Source: Eledone cirrhosa
Lineage: Eukaryota
Assembly (NCBI GenBank): GCA_964016885.1
Contig: OZ024766.1
Coordinates: 6,572,001 to 6,636,000 of the forward strand
Direction: 5' to 3'
Length of the DNA: 64,000 nucleotides
In this document: in pieces, positions 12,858 through 26,639 of the stretch
Layout: each line of letters starts with the position of its first letter
How positions within the stretch are numbered: position 1 is the stretch's first letter
Notes under the pieces: generated by a model
What the model was told of the DNA's origin: nothing
Databases searched by the model: none
Seen by the model: the letters and a program-made list of their open reading frames with translations, nothing else
Translations under genes and position numbers: made by a program

Positions 12858-14909
12858 TTTCACCTAATGCGGGCCCTAGGGGATGAAGAAAATGAATTTT
12901 TTTTATGTGCATAATATGCCTTGAAATTTCGTGAAAATCGACTAGACATAACGCCTCAAAAGAGCCCTAAAAAGCTATAAAAATGAAGTTTTTCACCTAA
13001 TGAGGGCCCTAGGCCATAAAAAAGTTGTATTTTCTTTGCTCACGGTATGAAGAAAAGACTGACTAATACATAGTTACAATTTCAAGGAAATCGGTCTGAC
13101 GTAACGCCTCAAAAAACCTCTCAGAAGCTGAAAAAACGCAGTTTTTCACCTAATGCGGGCCCTAGGGGATGAAGAAAATGAATTTTTTTTTATGTGCATA
13201 ATATGCCTTGAAATTTCGTGAAAATCGACTAGACATAACGCCTCAAAAGAGCCCTAAAAAGCTGGAAAAAAAACGCAGTTTTTCACCTAATGCGGGCCCT
13301 AGAGGATGAAGAAAATGAATTTTTTTTTATGTGCATAATATGCCTTGAAATTTAATGAAAATCGACTAGACATAACGCCTCAAAAGAGCCCTAAAAAGCT
13401 GAAAAAAAACGCAGTTTTTCACCTAATGCGGGCCCGAGGGGATGAAGAAAATGAATTTTTTTTTATGTGCATAATATGCCTTGAAATTTCGTGAAAATCG
13501 ACTAGACATAACGCCTCAAAAGAGCCCTAAAAAGCTATAAAAATGAAGTTTTTCACCTAATGAGGGCCCTAGGCCATAAAAAAGTTGTATTTTCTTTGCT
13601 CACGGTATGAAGAAGAGACTGACTAATACATAGTTACAATTTCAAGGAAATCGGTCTGACGTAACGCCTCAAAAAACCTCTCAAAAGCTGAAAAAACGCA
13701 GTTTTTCACCTAATGCGGGCCCTAGAGGATGAAGAAAATGAATTTTTTTTTATGTGCATAATATGCCTTGAAATTTAATGAAAATCGGCTAGACATAACG
13801 CCTCAAAAGAGCCCCAAAAAGCTGAAAAAAAAACGCAGTTTTTTACCTAATGCGGGCCCTAGGGGATGAAGAAAATGAATTTTTTTTATGTGCATAATAT
13901 GCCTTGAAATTTCGTGAAAATCGACGAGACATAACGCCTCAAAAGAGCCCTAAAAAGCTGAAAAAAAAACGCAGTTTTTCACCTAATGCGGGCCCTAGAG
14001 GATGAAGAAAATGAATTTTTTTTTATGTGCATAATATGCCTTGAAATTTAATGAAAATCGACTAGACATAACGCCTCAAAAGAGCCCTAAAAAGCTGAAA
14101 AAAAAACGCAGTTTTTCACCTAATGCGGGCCCTAGAGGATGAAGAAAATGAATTTTTTTTTATGTGCATAATATGCCTTGAAATTTAATGAAAATCGGCT
14201 AGACATAACGCCTCAAAAGAGCCCTAAAAAGCTGAAAAAAAACGCAGTTTTTCACCTAATGCGGGCCCTAGGGGATCAAAAAATAAATTTTTTTTATGTG
14301 CATAATATGCCTTGTAATTTCGTGAAAATCGACAAGACATAACGCCTCAAAAGAGCCCTAAAAAGCTATAAAAATGAAGTTTTTCACCTAATGAGGGCCC
14401 TAGGCCATAAAAAAGTTGTATTTTCTTTGCTCACGGTATGAAGAAGAGACTGACTAATACATAGTTACAATTTCAAGGAAATCGGTCTGACGTAACGCCT
14501 CAAAAAACCTCTCAAAAGCTGAAAAAACGCAGTTTTTCACCTAATGCGGGCCCTAGGGGATGAAGAAAATGAATTTTTTCTATGTGCATAATATGCCTTG
14601 AAATTTAATGAAAATCGGCTAGACATAACGCCTCAAAAGAGCCCTAAAAAGCTGGAAAAAAACGCAGTTTTTCACCTAATACCTAGGGGATGAAGAAAAT
14701 GAATTTTTTTTTATGTGCATAATATGCCTTGAAATTTCGTGAAAATCGGCCTCAAAAGAACCCTAAAAAGCTGAAAAAATGAAGTTTTTCACCTAATGTG
14801 GGCCCTAGGCCATAAAAAATTTGGATTTTCTTTGCTCACGGTATGAAGAAGAGACTGACACACACACACACACACACACACGCAGACACCCTCAGTTTTA
14901 TATATATAT
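12858..14909 (-). mobile_element. Helitron-derived tandem array (two unit types, ~130-155 bp) retaining the element's 5' end
   Basis: Units ttttcacctaatgcgggccctagg...cctcaaaagagccctaaaaagctg match the interior of 5153-5767; end cagacaccctcagttttatatatat matches 5740-5765. Confidence 0.85.
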
Positions 14910-14935
14910 TATTAATGATGATGTTGTATTTCCAG

Positions 14936-15181
14936 TATTGGTAATTGGGCTGATCATCGCCGCTGTATTGTTGTTGACCATTGTCGGTATTCTGCTGATG
15001 TGTTTCCTCAAGAAAGGGGAGCGCTACCCCCTGGGGAAGGGTGAGGACGTTGAACTAAAGGAACCCCTTCATCCTGTTGGTAACCACACTCCATCAAGCC
15101 CTGCCCCCTTGAACAATCACCACAACAACCACATGGCCACTTTTGATGAATTTAGTATGATAACAAATTTGTTGAATAATG
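14936..15181 (+). CDS. Same gene, exon E (transmembrane helix and start of cytoplasmic tail)
   Basis: tttccag|TA TTG...AAT G|gtgaga; VLVIGLIIAAVLLLTIVGILLMCFL followed by KK stop-transfer, then GERYPLGKGEDVELKEPL...; phase 1 to 1. Confidence 0.9.
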
Positions 15182-15240
15182 GTGAGATATTGTTTAGATA
15201 TAACACTGCCACTATCGCCTGTACTGCAACACTGTCACCC

Positions 15241-16800
15241 CTACACAACCACCTACACTACAACTACCTCACCAGGGTACTACCTGCTATACTACCAAGT
15301 ACTACCTCCTATATTACGACTATACCACTACCACACAACCACCTATACTACAACTACCTCACCAGGGTATTACCCAGGGTACTACCAAGTACTAGCTCCT
15401 ATATTACGACTATACCACTACCACACAACCACCTATACTACAACTACCTCACCAGGGTATTACCCAGGGTACTACCAGGTACTACCTCCTATATTACGAC
15501 TATACCACTACCACACAACCACCTATACTACAACTACCTCACCAGGGTATTACCCAGGGTACTACCAGGTACTACCTCCTATATTACGACTATACCACTA
15601 CCACACAACCACCTATACTACAACTACCTCACCAGGGTATTACCCAGGGTACTACCAAGTACTAGCTCCTATATTACGACTATACCACTACCACACAACC
15701 ACCTATACTACAACTACCTCACCAGGGTATTACCCAGGGTACTACCAGGTACTACCTCCTATATTACGACTATACCACTACCACACAACCACCTATACTA
15801 CAACTACCTCACCAGGGTATTACCCAGGGTACTACCAGGTACTACCTCCTATATTACGACTATACCACTACCACACAACCACCTATACTACAACTACCTC
15901 ACCAGGGTATTACCCAGGGTACTACCCAGGGTACTACCTCCTATATTACGACTATACCACTACCACACAACCACCTATACTACAACTACCTCACCAGGGT
16001 ATTACCCAGGGTACTACCAAGTACTACCTCCTATATTACGACTATACCACTACCACACAACCACCTATACTACAACTACCTCACCAGGGTATTACCCAGG
16101 GTACTACCAAGTACTAGCTCCTATATTACGACTATACCACTACCACACAACCACCTATACTACAACTACCTCACCAGGGTATTACCCAGGGTACTACCAA
16201 GTACTACCTCCTATATTACGACTATACCACTACCACACAACCACCTATACTACAACTACCTCACCAGGGTACTACCAGGTACTACCTCCTATATTACGAC
16301 TATACCACTACCACACAACCACCTATACTACAACTACCTCACCAGGGTATTACCCAGGGTACTACAAAGTACTACCTCCTATATTACGACTATACCACTA
16401 CCACACAACCACCTATACTACAACTACCTCACCAGGGTATTACCTGCTATACTACCAGGTACTACCTCCTATATTACGACTATACCACTACCACACAACC
16501 ACCTATACTACAACTACCTCACCAGGGTATTACCCAGGGTACTACCAAGTACTACCTCCTATATTACGACTATACCACTACCACACAACCACCTATACTA
16601 CAACTACCTCACCAGGGTATTACCCAGGGTACTACCAGGTACTACCTCCTATATTACGACTATACCACTACCACACAACCACCTATACTACAACTACCTC
16701 ACCAGGGTATTACCCAGGGTACTACCAGGTACTACCTCCTATATTACGACTATACCACTACCACACAACCACCTATACTACAACTACCTCACCAGGGTAG
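15241..16800. repeat. 90-bp minisatellite, ~17 copies
   Basis: 30-aa periodicity in the ORF track; starts 60 bp after the exon E donor. Confidence 0.95.
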
Positions 16801-16899
16801 TACCTGCTATACTGCAGCTACACCAACACTACACTACCACCAATACTATAACTATACCACCATATGCTACCTATACTGCCACTATACCACTACTACCTA

Positions 16900-18143
16900 T
16901 ACTACAACTACACCACCACCACCACCTCTACCACACCACCACCATAACCACACCACCACTACCACACCACTACCACACCACCACCACTACACCACCACTA
17001 CACCACCACCACCACTACACCACCACCACACCACACCACCACCACCACTACACCACCACCACTACACCACTACACCACCACACCACCACACCACCACTAC
17101 ACCACTACACCACCACTACACCACCACCACCACTACACCACCACCACCACTACACCACCACCACCACACCACCACCACACCACCACTACACCACTACTAC
17201 ACCACCACACCACCACCACCACCACCACTATACCACCACCACCACACCACCACTACACCACCACACCACCACTACACCACTACACCACCACACCACCACA
17301 CCACCACCACACCACCACTACACCACCACTACACCACCACACCACCACCACCACCACCACCACTATACCACCACCACCACACCACCACACCACCACCACC
17401 ACACCACCACCACCACCACTACACCACCACACCACCACTACACCACCACCACTACACCACCACACCACCACCACACCACTATACCATTCCTACCTACCGT
17501 TCACAGGAGTTGACATACCACCGAAAGACAGTTACGATCCTGCCAACAGAATCTCTTCCTCCAGTATAGTAAGTACCACAAACTACTACAGCCTGTACTG
17601 TAGTTCTTACTGTTGTAGTTACTGTTGTTGTAGTTGTTGCTGTTGTTGGATTGTTACTGTTGTTGTATTGTTGTTGTGTTGTTGTTACTGTTGTTGTAGT
17701 TGTTGCTGTTGTTGGATTGTTACTGTTGTTACTGTTGTTGTATTGTTGTTGTATTGTTGTTGTTACTGTTGTTGTTGTTACTGTTGTTGGATTGTTGTTG
17801 TTACTGTTGTTGGATTGTTGTTGTTGTTACTGCTGTTGTTGTTGTTATTGTATTGTTGTCTTGTTGTTACTGTTGTTGTTACTGTTGTTGTATTGTTGTT
17901 GTTACTGTTGTTGTTGTTGTTGTTACTGTTGTTGTATTGTTGTTGTTGTTGTTGTTACTGTTGTTGTTGTAGTTGTTACTGTTGTTGTTGTTGTTGTTGT
18001 ATTGTTGTTGTTTTTGTTGTTGTTACTGTTGTTGTTGTAGTTGTTACTGTTGTTGTTGTTGTTGTTGTATTGTTGTTGTTTTTGTTGTTGTTACTGTTGT
18101 TGTTGTTGTTGTTACTGTTGTTGTTGTTGTTACTGTTGTTGTT
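16900..18143. repeat. (CAC)n-rich tract and (GTT)n-rich tract flanking exon F
   Basis: Direct reading. Confidence 0.9.
17507..17568 (+). CDS. Same gene, exon F (cytoplasmic)
   Basis: ttcacag|GA GTT GAC...AGT ATA|gtaagt; (G)VDIPPKDSYDPANRISSSSI; unique island between (CAC)n and (GTT)n tracts; phase 1 to 0. Confidence 0.8.
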
Positions 18144-18774
18144 TAATATTAAGATATATGTAACACACCATTTTACATCACAGCTTTACAACATACACAC
18201 CCGTGTGTTACACCCATGTGTTACACATGTGTGTTACACATCTCTCATGTAACACAGGAGTATGACACAGCCCACTCCTGTGTCACAGTCTGTTGTCACA
18301 CTCACGTTCTGTCACAAATTGTGTTGCAAAATCTGTCACTAGTTCTATCAGAAGTTCTGTCACATACCAGTAATATACTGAGGTTGATTTAATTGACTTT
18401 CCTCTCCTGTCAAAATTGCTGGCCTTGTGCTTAATCTGAGACAATTATTATATGGATTCGGAGTTCAAACCCTTGGCAGTATCGGTGGATGATCGGACGC
18501 CATGCTTTGCGGCATCGAGTTACGGCCCTTTATGGATTCTGAGTTCAAACTCTTGGCAGTATCGGTAGAGGATCGGACGCCATGCTTTGCGGCATCGAGT
18601 TACAGCCCTTCGTCCTTACGGGGGTCGATAAAATAAAGTACCAGTAATGCACTGGGTAGATTTAATCGACTTTCCCCCCTCTCTCAAAATTGTCGGCCTT
18701 GTGCCTAAATCTGAAACCAAGTGCGGTGGATTGGCAGTGTCGGTAGAGCGTCGCACAAAATGCTTTACGGCACA

Positions 18775-19581
18775 GAGTGGAGAGGGAAGTGCTGCCCAGC
18801 CCTCGCAGTACATTTTCTAGAATGTGAGTGTATAATGTGGCAAGAATGGCCCATGGTGTGGGCCTACTCTGAGCATGTACTCTAGGCTGGCTATTAACAA
18901 ATGAAGGTGAGGGAGGAGAACGAAGTGCTGCCCTGCCCTCCAGTAGATTTGCTAAAAGGTGGGTGGATGTGGCAAGAATGGCCCGTGAGACTGGGCCTAC
19001 TCTGAGCATGTACTGTAGGCTGGCTATTAACAAATGAAGGTGAGGGTGGAGAAAGAAGTGCTGCCCTGCCCTCCAGTAGATTTGCTAAAAGGTGGGTGAA
19101 TGTGGCAAGAAGGGCTCGTGAGACTGGGCCTACTCTGAGCATGTACTGTAGGCTGGTTATTAACAAATGAAGGTGAGGGTGGAGAAAGAAGTGCTGCCCT
19201 GCCCTCCAGTAGATTTGCTAAAAGGTGGGTGAATGTGGCAAGAAGGGCTCGTGAGAGTGGGCCTACTCTGACCATACGCCTGTAAGCTGGTTAACTTCAG
19301 GAAGAGAGGGGTGCCCTTGAAGCATCGAGTGGTTCAGGATTTGTGGGGTACCTGAGTCCCCCCTGGGTGGTTCACACCCCTTATTGGAGAATTTTTTTTT
19401 TTTTATATATATATATTTTATTTTTATATATTTTTTTTTACATTTTTAAATTGGTTTCGTTTTTGTATATTTTCACTCACTTTTATCGTAATCTACCCCA
19501 CTGTCCCCATCTTTTGTATTGTCCCCTATATGTCGGCCCTTGTGGCCAATAAATGAAATCATTATTATTATTATTATTATT
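18775..19581 (+). mobile_element. 5'-truncated L1/Tx1-like LINE 3' end with an internal 133-bp triplication
   Basis: Homologous to 19819-20245; ends cttgtggccAATAAAtgaaatc(ATT)n; 133-bp unit repeated at ~18889-19290. Confidence 0.6.
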
Positions 19582-19784
19582 AGGGCGGTGGATTGGCAGT
19601 ATCGGTAGAGGGTCGGACGCCATGCTTTGCAGCAAAGAGTTACGCCCCTTTATGATCCGAGTTCAAATCTGGCCAAGGTTGACTTTGCCTTTCATCCTTA
19701 CGGGGTCGGTAAATTGAAGTACCAGTAATACACTGGGGTCGATTTAATTGACTTTCCCCCTCCCTGAAAAAAAAATTGTTGGCC

Positions 19785-19818
<34 letters not shown>
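19582..19818 (+). mobile_element. Full-length SINE family A with (ATT)n tail
   Basis: gggcggtggattggcagtatcggtagag head, B-box gagttcaaat, core and tail. Partial or duplicated copies also at 18365-18770. Confidence 0.8.
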
Positions 19819-19819
<1 letters not shown>

Positions 19820-20216
19820 GCCCTGATTAACTTTTTCAAATTTCATTTGAAAAGGAAAATCAGGGTTGAGAGGGAAGTGCTCTCTTCCCAGCATTTTGTT
19901 GAAAGATGGGTGAGAGAGGCAAGAATGGGCCGAGTGAATGGGCCTACTCTGAGTATGTGTCTGTAAATTAAAGGTGGAAAACTGGGAGAGGGCACTTGCC
20001 CTGGTGGTCAGGGTCACTGTGGCCTTTTAATGGGCTTTCTCCGCGAATGCCCCTCGGAAGTCTCCCCCCTATTGGGGAATTTTTTCATTGTTCTATTATT
20101 ACATCTTCTGTTTCTTTTTTTTTTACATGCAGAAATGCCCATTTGTACCGCCCTGTATTGTCCTGTACTGTCCTTAATGTCTACTTTATGTAAACCCTTG
20201 TGGTTAATAAAGAAAG

Positions 20217-20245
<29 letters not shown>
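19819..20245 (+). mobile_element. 5'-truncated L1/Tx1-like LINE 3' end
   Basis: ALINFFKFHLKRKIRVEREVLSSQHFVERWV resembles the Tx1-type ORF2 C-terminus; followed by a UTR, AATAAA and (ATT)n. Confidence 0.6.
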
Positions 20246-20247
<2 letters not shown>

Positions 20248-21083
20248 TTTCTCTTCTCTGCAATTCTGTTCAATAAACTTCTCTGACATTAAACAATTTC
20301 TCTCTCTTTCAGCCCCCTCTAGCTTCGTCAGTATGATCACAGATTACTACATCCCCCCAGCCCCGTCTGTCTGTCTGTCCCTCCGTCCATCTGTCCATTC
20401 GTCCCATCCACCCCCACCCCACCCCCATGTTCCGTCGCTCCCCTTCTTTCTCCATCTCTGAACATACCCCCTCAACTTCTGTCCATTCCCTTCCCTTCCC
20501 AACCCACCCCATCAGCTCCCTGAGCCTGTTTCCGCACCACCAGCGACACTACAACCACCAACACCACTACTACATCCACCAACACCACCACCACCAACAC
20601 CACCACCACCACCAACACTACCACCACCAACACTACTACTACTACATCCACCAACACCACCACCACCAATAACACCACCAACAACAACACACCCCTTTCT
20701 CTTTATCAATCTCTATCCTTCACCTTCACCACCACCAACACTCCTTCCACCCCTACTACAACACCACCACCACCACCCCTTCCCCTCTCTCAATCTCTGG
20801 ATTGTAGCCCCCCCCCCCCCCCCCCCATCCCCTGACCTCCTTCACCACCACCACTGCACAAATACCATGACCACCTCTATCACACTCTCACCACCGTCAC
20901 CACCATCACCTCTGCTCGCTCTCCTCTCCCCCCTTCTCTCTCTCCTCTCCCCTCTTCTCTCTCCATCTCTCTCCTGTATCTATACTCCCCACCCTCTCTC
21001 TCTCTCTCCCTCATCCCCTCTTCTCTCAACCAGCTCGGCAACTCCCCTCTAGAAATAGCAGTCAAATGCCCCTTAAAAACAAT

Positions 21084-24000
21084 GGACACATTAGATAATG
21101 TAGTCCTAGGTACACTGTGTCTGTATATAAGACAGGACACATTAGATAATGTAGTCCTAGATACACTGTGTCTGTATATAAGACAGGACACATTAGATAA
21201 TGTAGTCCTAGGTAGACTGTGTCTGTATATAAGACAGGACACATTAGATAATGTAGTCCTAGATAGACTGTGTCTGTGTATAAGACAGGACACATTAGAT
21301 AATGTAGTCCTAGGTACTCTGTGTCTGTATATAAGACAGGACACATTAGATAATGTAGTCCTAGATACACTGTGTCTGTATATAAAACAGGACACATTAG
21401 ATAATGTAGTCCTAGGTAGACTGTGTCAGTATATAAGACAGGACACATTAGATAATGTAGTCCTAGATATACTGTGTCTGTATATAAAACAGGACACATT
21501 AGATAATGTAGTCCTAGGTAGACTGTGTCAGTATATAAGACAGGACACATTAGATAATGTAGTCCTAGATACACTGTGTCTGTATATAAGACAGGACACA
21601 TTAGATAATGTAGTCCTAGATAGACTGTGTCTGTATATAAGACAGGACACATTAGATATTGTAGTCCTAGATACACTGTGTCTGTATATAAGACTGGACA
21701 CATTAGATAATGTAGTCCTAGGTACACTGTGTCTATATAAGACAGGACACATTAGATAATGTAGTCCTTGGTACACTGTGTCTGTATATAAGACAGGACA
21801 CATTAGATAATGTAGTCCTAGATACACTGTGTCTATATAAGACAGGACACATTAGATCATGTAGTCCTAGGTAGACTGTGTCTGTATATAAGACAGGACA
21901 CATTAGATAATGTTGTCCTAGGTAGACTGTGTCTATATATAAGACAGGACACATTAGATAATGTAGTCCTTGGTACACTGTGTCTGTATATAAGACAGGA
22001 CACATTAGATAATGTAGTCCTAGATACACTGTGTCTGTATATAAGACAGGACACATTAGATAATGTAGTCCTAAATACACTGTGTCTGTATATAAGACAG
22101 GACACATTAGATAATGTAGTCCTAGATACACTGTGTCTGTATATAAGACAGGATACATTAGATAATGTAGTCCTAGGTAGACTATGTCTGTATACAAGAC
22201 AGGACACATTAGATAATGTAGTCCTAGATACACTGTGTCTGTATATAAGACAGGATACATTAGATAATGTAGTCCTAGATACACTGTGTCTGTATATAAG
22301 ACAGGACACATTAGATAATGTAGTCCTAGGTAGACTGTGTCTGTATATAAGACAGGACACATTAGATAATGTTGTCCTAGATACACTGTGTCTGTATATA
22401 AGACAGGACACATTAGATAATGTAGTCCTAGATACACTGTGTCTGTATATAAGACAGGACACATTAGATAATGTAGTCCTAGCTAGACTGTGTCTGTATA
22501 TAAGACAAGACACATTAGATAATGTAGTCCTAGCTACACTGTGTCTATATATAAGACAGGACACATTAGATAATGTAGTCCTAGGTAGACTGTGTCTGTA
22601 TATAAGACAGGACACATTAGATAATGTAGTCCTAGATAGACTGTGTCTGTATATAAGACAGGACACATTAGATAATGTAGTCCTAGATACACTGTGTCTA
22701 TATAAGACAGGACACATTAGATAATGTAGTCCTAGATACACTGTGTCTGTATAAGACAGGACACATTAGATAATGTAGTCCTAGATAGACTGTGTCTGTA
22801 TATAAGACAGGACACATTAGATAATGTAGTCCTAGGTACACTGTGTCTGTATATAAGACAGGACACATTAGATAATGTAGTCCTAGGTACACTGTGTCTG
22901 TATATAAGACAGGACACATTAGATAATGTAGTCCTAGATACACTGTGTCTGTATATAAGACAGGACACATTAGATAATGTAGTCCTAGGTAGACTGTGCC
23001 AAGTTCTAGGACAGGACACATTAGATAATGTAGTCCTAGATACACTGTGTCTGTATATAAGACAGGACACATTAGATAATGTAGTCCTAGCTAGACTGTG
23101 TCTGTATATAAGACAAGACACATTAGATAATGTAGTCCTAGCTACACTGTGTCTATATATAAGACAGGACACATTAGATAATGTAGTCCTAGGTAGACTG
23201 TGTCTGTATATAAGACAGGACACATTAGATAATGTAGTCCTAGATAGACTGTGTCTGTATATAAGACAGGACACATTAGATAATGTAGTCCTAGATACAC
23301 TGTGTCTATATAAGACAGGACACATTAGATAATGTAGTCCTAGATACACTGTGTCTGTATAAGACAGGACACATTAGATAATGTAGTCCTAGATAGACTG
23401 TGTCTGTATATAAGACAGGACACATTAGATAATGTAGTCCTAGATAGACTGTGTCTGTATATAAGACAGGACACATTAGATAATGTAGTCCTAGGTACAC
23501 TGTGTCTGTATATAAGACAGGACACATTAGATAATGTAGTCCTAGATAGACTGTGTCTGTATATAAGACAGGACACATTAGATAATGTAGTCCTAGGTAG
23601 ACTGTCTGTATATAAGACAGGACACATTAGATAATGTAGTCCTAGATACACTGTGTCTATATAAGACAGGACACATTAGATAATGTAGTCCTAGATACAC
23701 TGTGTCTGTATATAAGACAGGACACATTAGATAATGTAGTCCTAGGTACACTGTGTCTGTATATAAGGCAGGACACATTAGATAATGTAGTCCTAGATAC
23801 ACTGTGTCTGTATATAAGACAGGGTACATTAGATATTGTAGTCCTAGATAGACTGTGTCTGTATATAAGACAGGACACATTAGATAATGTAGTCCTAGAT
23901 AGACTGTGTCTGTATATAAGACAGGACACATTAGATAATGTAGTCCTAGGTACACTGTGTCTGTATATAGGACAGGACACATTAGATAATGTAGTCCTAG

Positions 24001-24366
24001 ATAGACTGTGTCTGTATATAAGACAGGACACATTAGATAATGTAGTCCTAGATACACTGTGTCTGTATATAAGACAGGACACATTAGATAATGTAGTCCT
24101 AGATACACTGTGTCTGTATATAAGACAGGACACATTAGATAATGTAGTCCTAGATACACTGTGTCTGTATATAAGACAGGACACATTAGATAATGTAGTC
24201 CTAGGTACACTGTGTCTGTATATAAGACAGGACACATTAGATAATGTAGTCCTAGATACACTGTGTCTGTATATAAGACAGGACACATTAGATAATGTAG
24301 TCCTAGATACACTGTGTCTGTATATAAGACAGGACACATTAGATAATGTAGTCCTAGGTAGACTGT
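21084..24366. repeat. 51-bp minisatellite, ~64 copies, followed by a retroposon-like (CAA)n tail to ~24480
   Basis: Unit gacacattagataatgtagtcctagatacactgtgtctgtatataagacag, with 49-bp variants. Confidence 0.95.
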
Positions 24367-24791
24367 GCCAAGTTCTAGGACAGGGTGGTCACTGCTGGAA
24401 CATCTTTGATCATATCATATAGGTCTACTGGATCAGGACTGTCCTGGGGCTAAACAACACAACAACAACAACAACAACAACAGCAGCAGCAGCAGGTTTG
24501 TGTAAGAGAGGACACTAACAGCATGCGTGTGTCTGTGTGTGTGTGTGCAACAGCATGTTGTGGCGTTCATTCATCTCCAGCCCCCACCCTCACACCCCCA
24601 CACCCCTGGTCTTTGACACTCACCCCCCTCCCCCACACGCCATCCACCCATCCCCCCCCCCCACCCGGGCTGCTTTCACTAGTCTCTCTCTCTCTCCACA
24701 CCATAGCTTGGCCCACCCATCCACTAAACACACACACACACATATATATATACACATATATATATATACACACACACACACATATATATAT

Positions 24792-24848
<57 letters not shown>

Positions 24849-25076
24849 CATATATGCACACATACATATATATATACATATATACATATTTATATATATA
24901 TATGTATGTGTGTATATATATGTGTGTGGGTGTGTATATATATATATATATGTGTATATATATATATATATGTGTATATGTGTATATATATATATGTATG
25001 TGTATATGTGTATATATATATATGTATGTGTATATGTGTATATATATATATATATGTGTGTATATATATATATATG

Positions 25077-25123
<47 letters not shown>

Positions 25124-25394
25124 ATATGTATGTGTATATGTGTATATATATATATGTGTGTATATATATGTATGTGTATATGTGTGTATATATATATATG
25201 TATGTGTGTATGTGTATATATATATATATGTATGTGTATATATATATATATATATATGTGTGTGTTTATATATATGTATGTGTATATATATATATATATA
25301 TGTGTGTGTTTATATATATGTATGTATATATATATAGTATGTGTATATATATATATGTATGTATACATATGTGTATGTATATATATATATATAC

Positions 25395-25430
<36 letters not shown>

Positions 25431-25445
25431 ACATATGTGTATGTA

Positions 25446-25498
<53 letters not shown>

Positions 25499-25507
25499 AC
25501 ATATGTG

Positions 25508-25544
<37 letters not shown>

Positions 25545-25848
25545 ATATATATACATATATATATATATACACATACACCCACCCTTCCCTGGCATGCTTA
25601 TATATATTTGTTTGTTTTTTGCCTTGGTTATTATTATTATTATTACTATTATTACTATTATTACTATTATTAATTCATTTATTAATACGTTCTATGAATA
25701 GGGTATATATTTATGTCAAAAAATATATACACACTTTGATTACCTGTACAGATGTGTGTATACATTTTTGGGGGACAATAGACATGGCCTGGGACAATAC
25801 TGACCAAAACCTCTCAAAGTTATATATATATATATACATATATATATA

Positions 25849-25907
<59 letters not shown>

Positions 25908-26232
25908 GTGTATATGTGTGTATATTTATGTATATGTGTGTATATGTATGTATATATATATATATATATATATGTGTATGTGTGTATATGTATGTATATA
26001 TATATATGTGTATATATGTATGTATATATATGTGTATATGTATGTATATATATATGTGTGTATATGTATGTATATATATATATGTGTATATGTGTGTATA
26101 TGTATATATGTGTATGTGTGTATATGTATGTATATATATATATATATATGTGTATGTGTGTATGTATATATATATATATATATATGTGTGTATATGTATG
26201 TGTATATGTATGTGTATATATATGTGTATATG

Positions 26233-26263
<31 letters not shown>

Positions 26264-26288
26264 GAATATATATATATATGTTTATATG

Positions 26289-26340
<52 letters not shown>

Positions 26341-26417
26341 AATCTACATATATGTATGTGTAATGAATAGGTAGATAGATAGATAGATAGATATTTTATC
26401 GCACGGTAATAGGCTTA

Positions 26418-26462
<45 letters not shown>

Positions 26463-26639
26463 GTATACGATAGTAAACGGTGCAGCATCAGACAAAATAC
26501 TTTGCAGCTTGGTGTGATGATTAACCCTTTCATAACCATATTCCTAATTAAATATATAATTTATTCTAATTACTTAATGGAGAATTTAGACCCAAAGTTG
26601 GATGTACTAAAATTATTAATAATTTTATTACTAAAACTA

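Noticed and set aside
15182-16800. Extension of the 659-aa ORF beyond the TM exon
   Set aside because: Lies past a good donor at 15182 and consists of the 90-bp minisatellite; only 14936-15181 is treated as exon.
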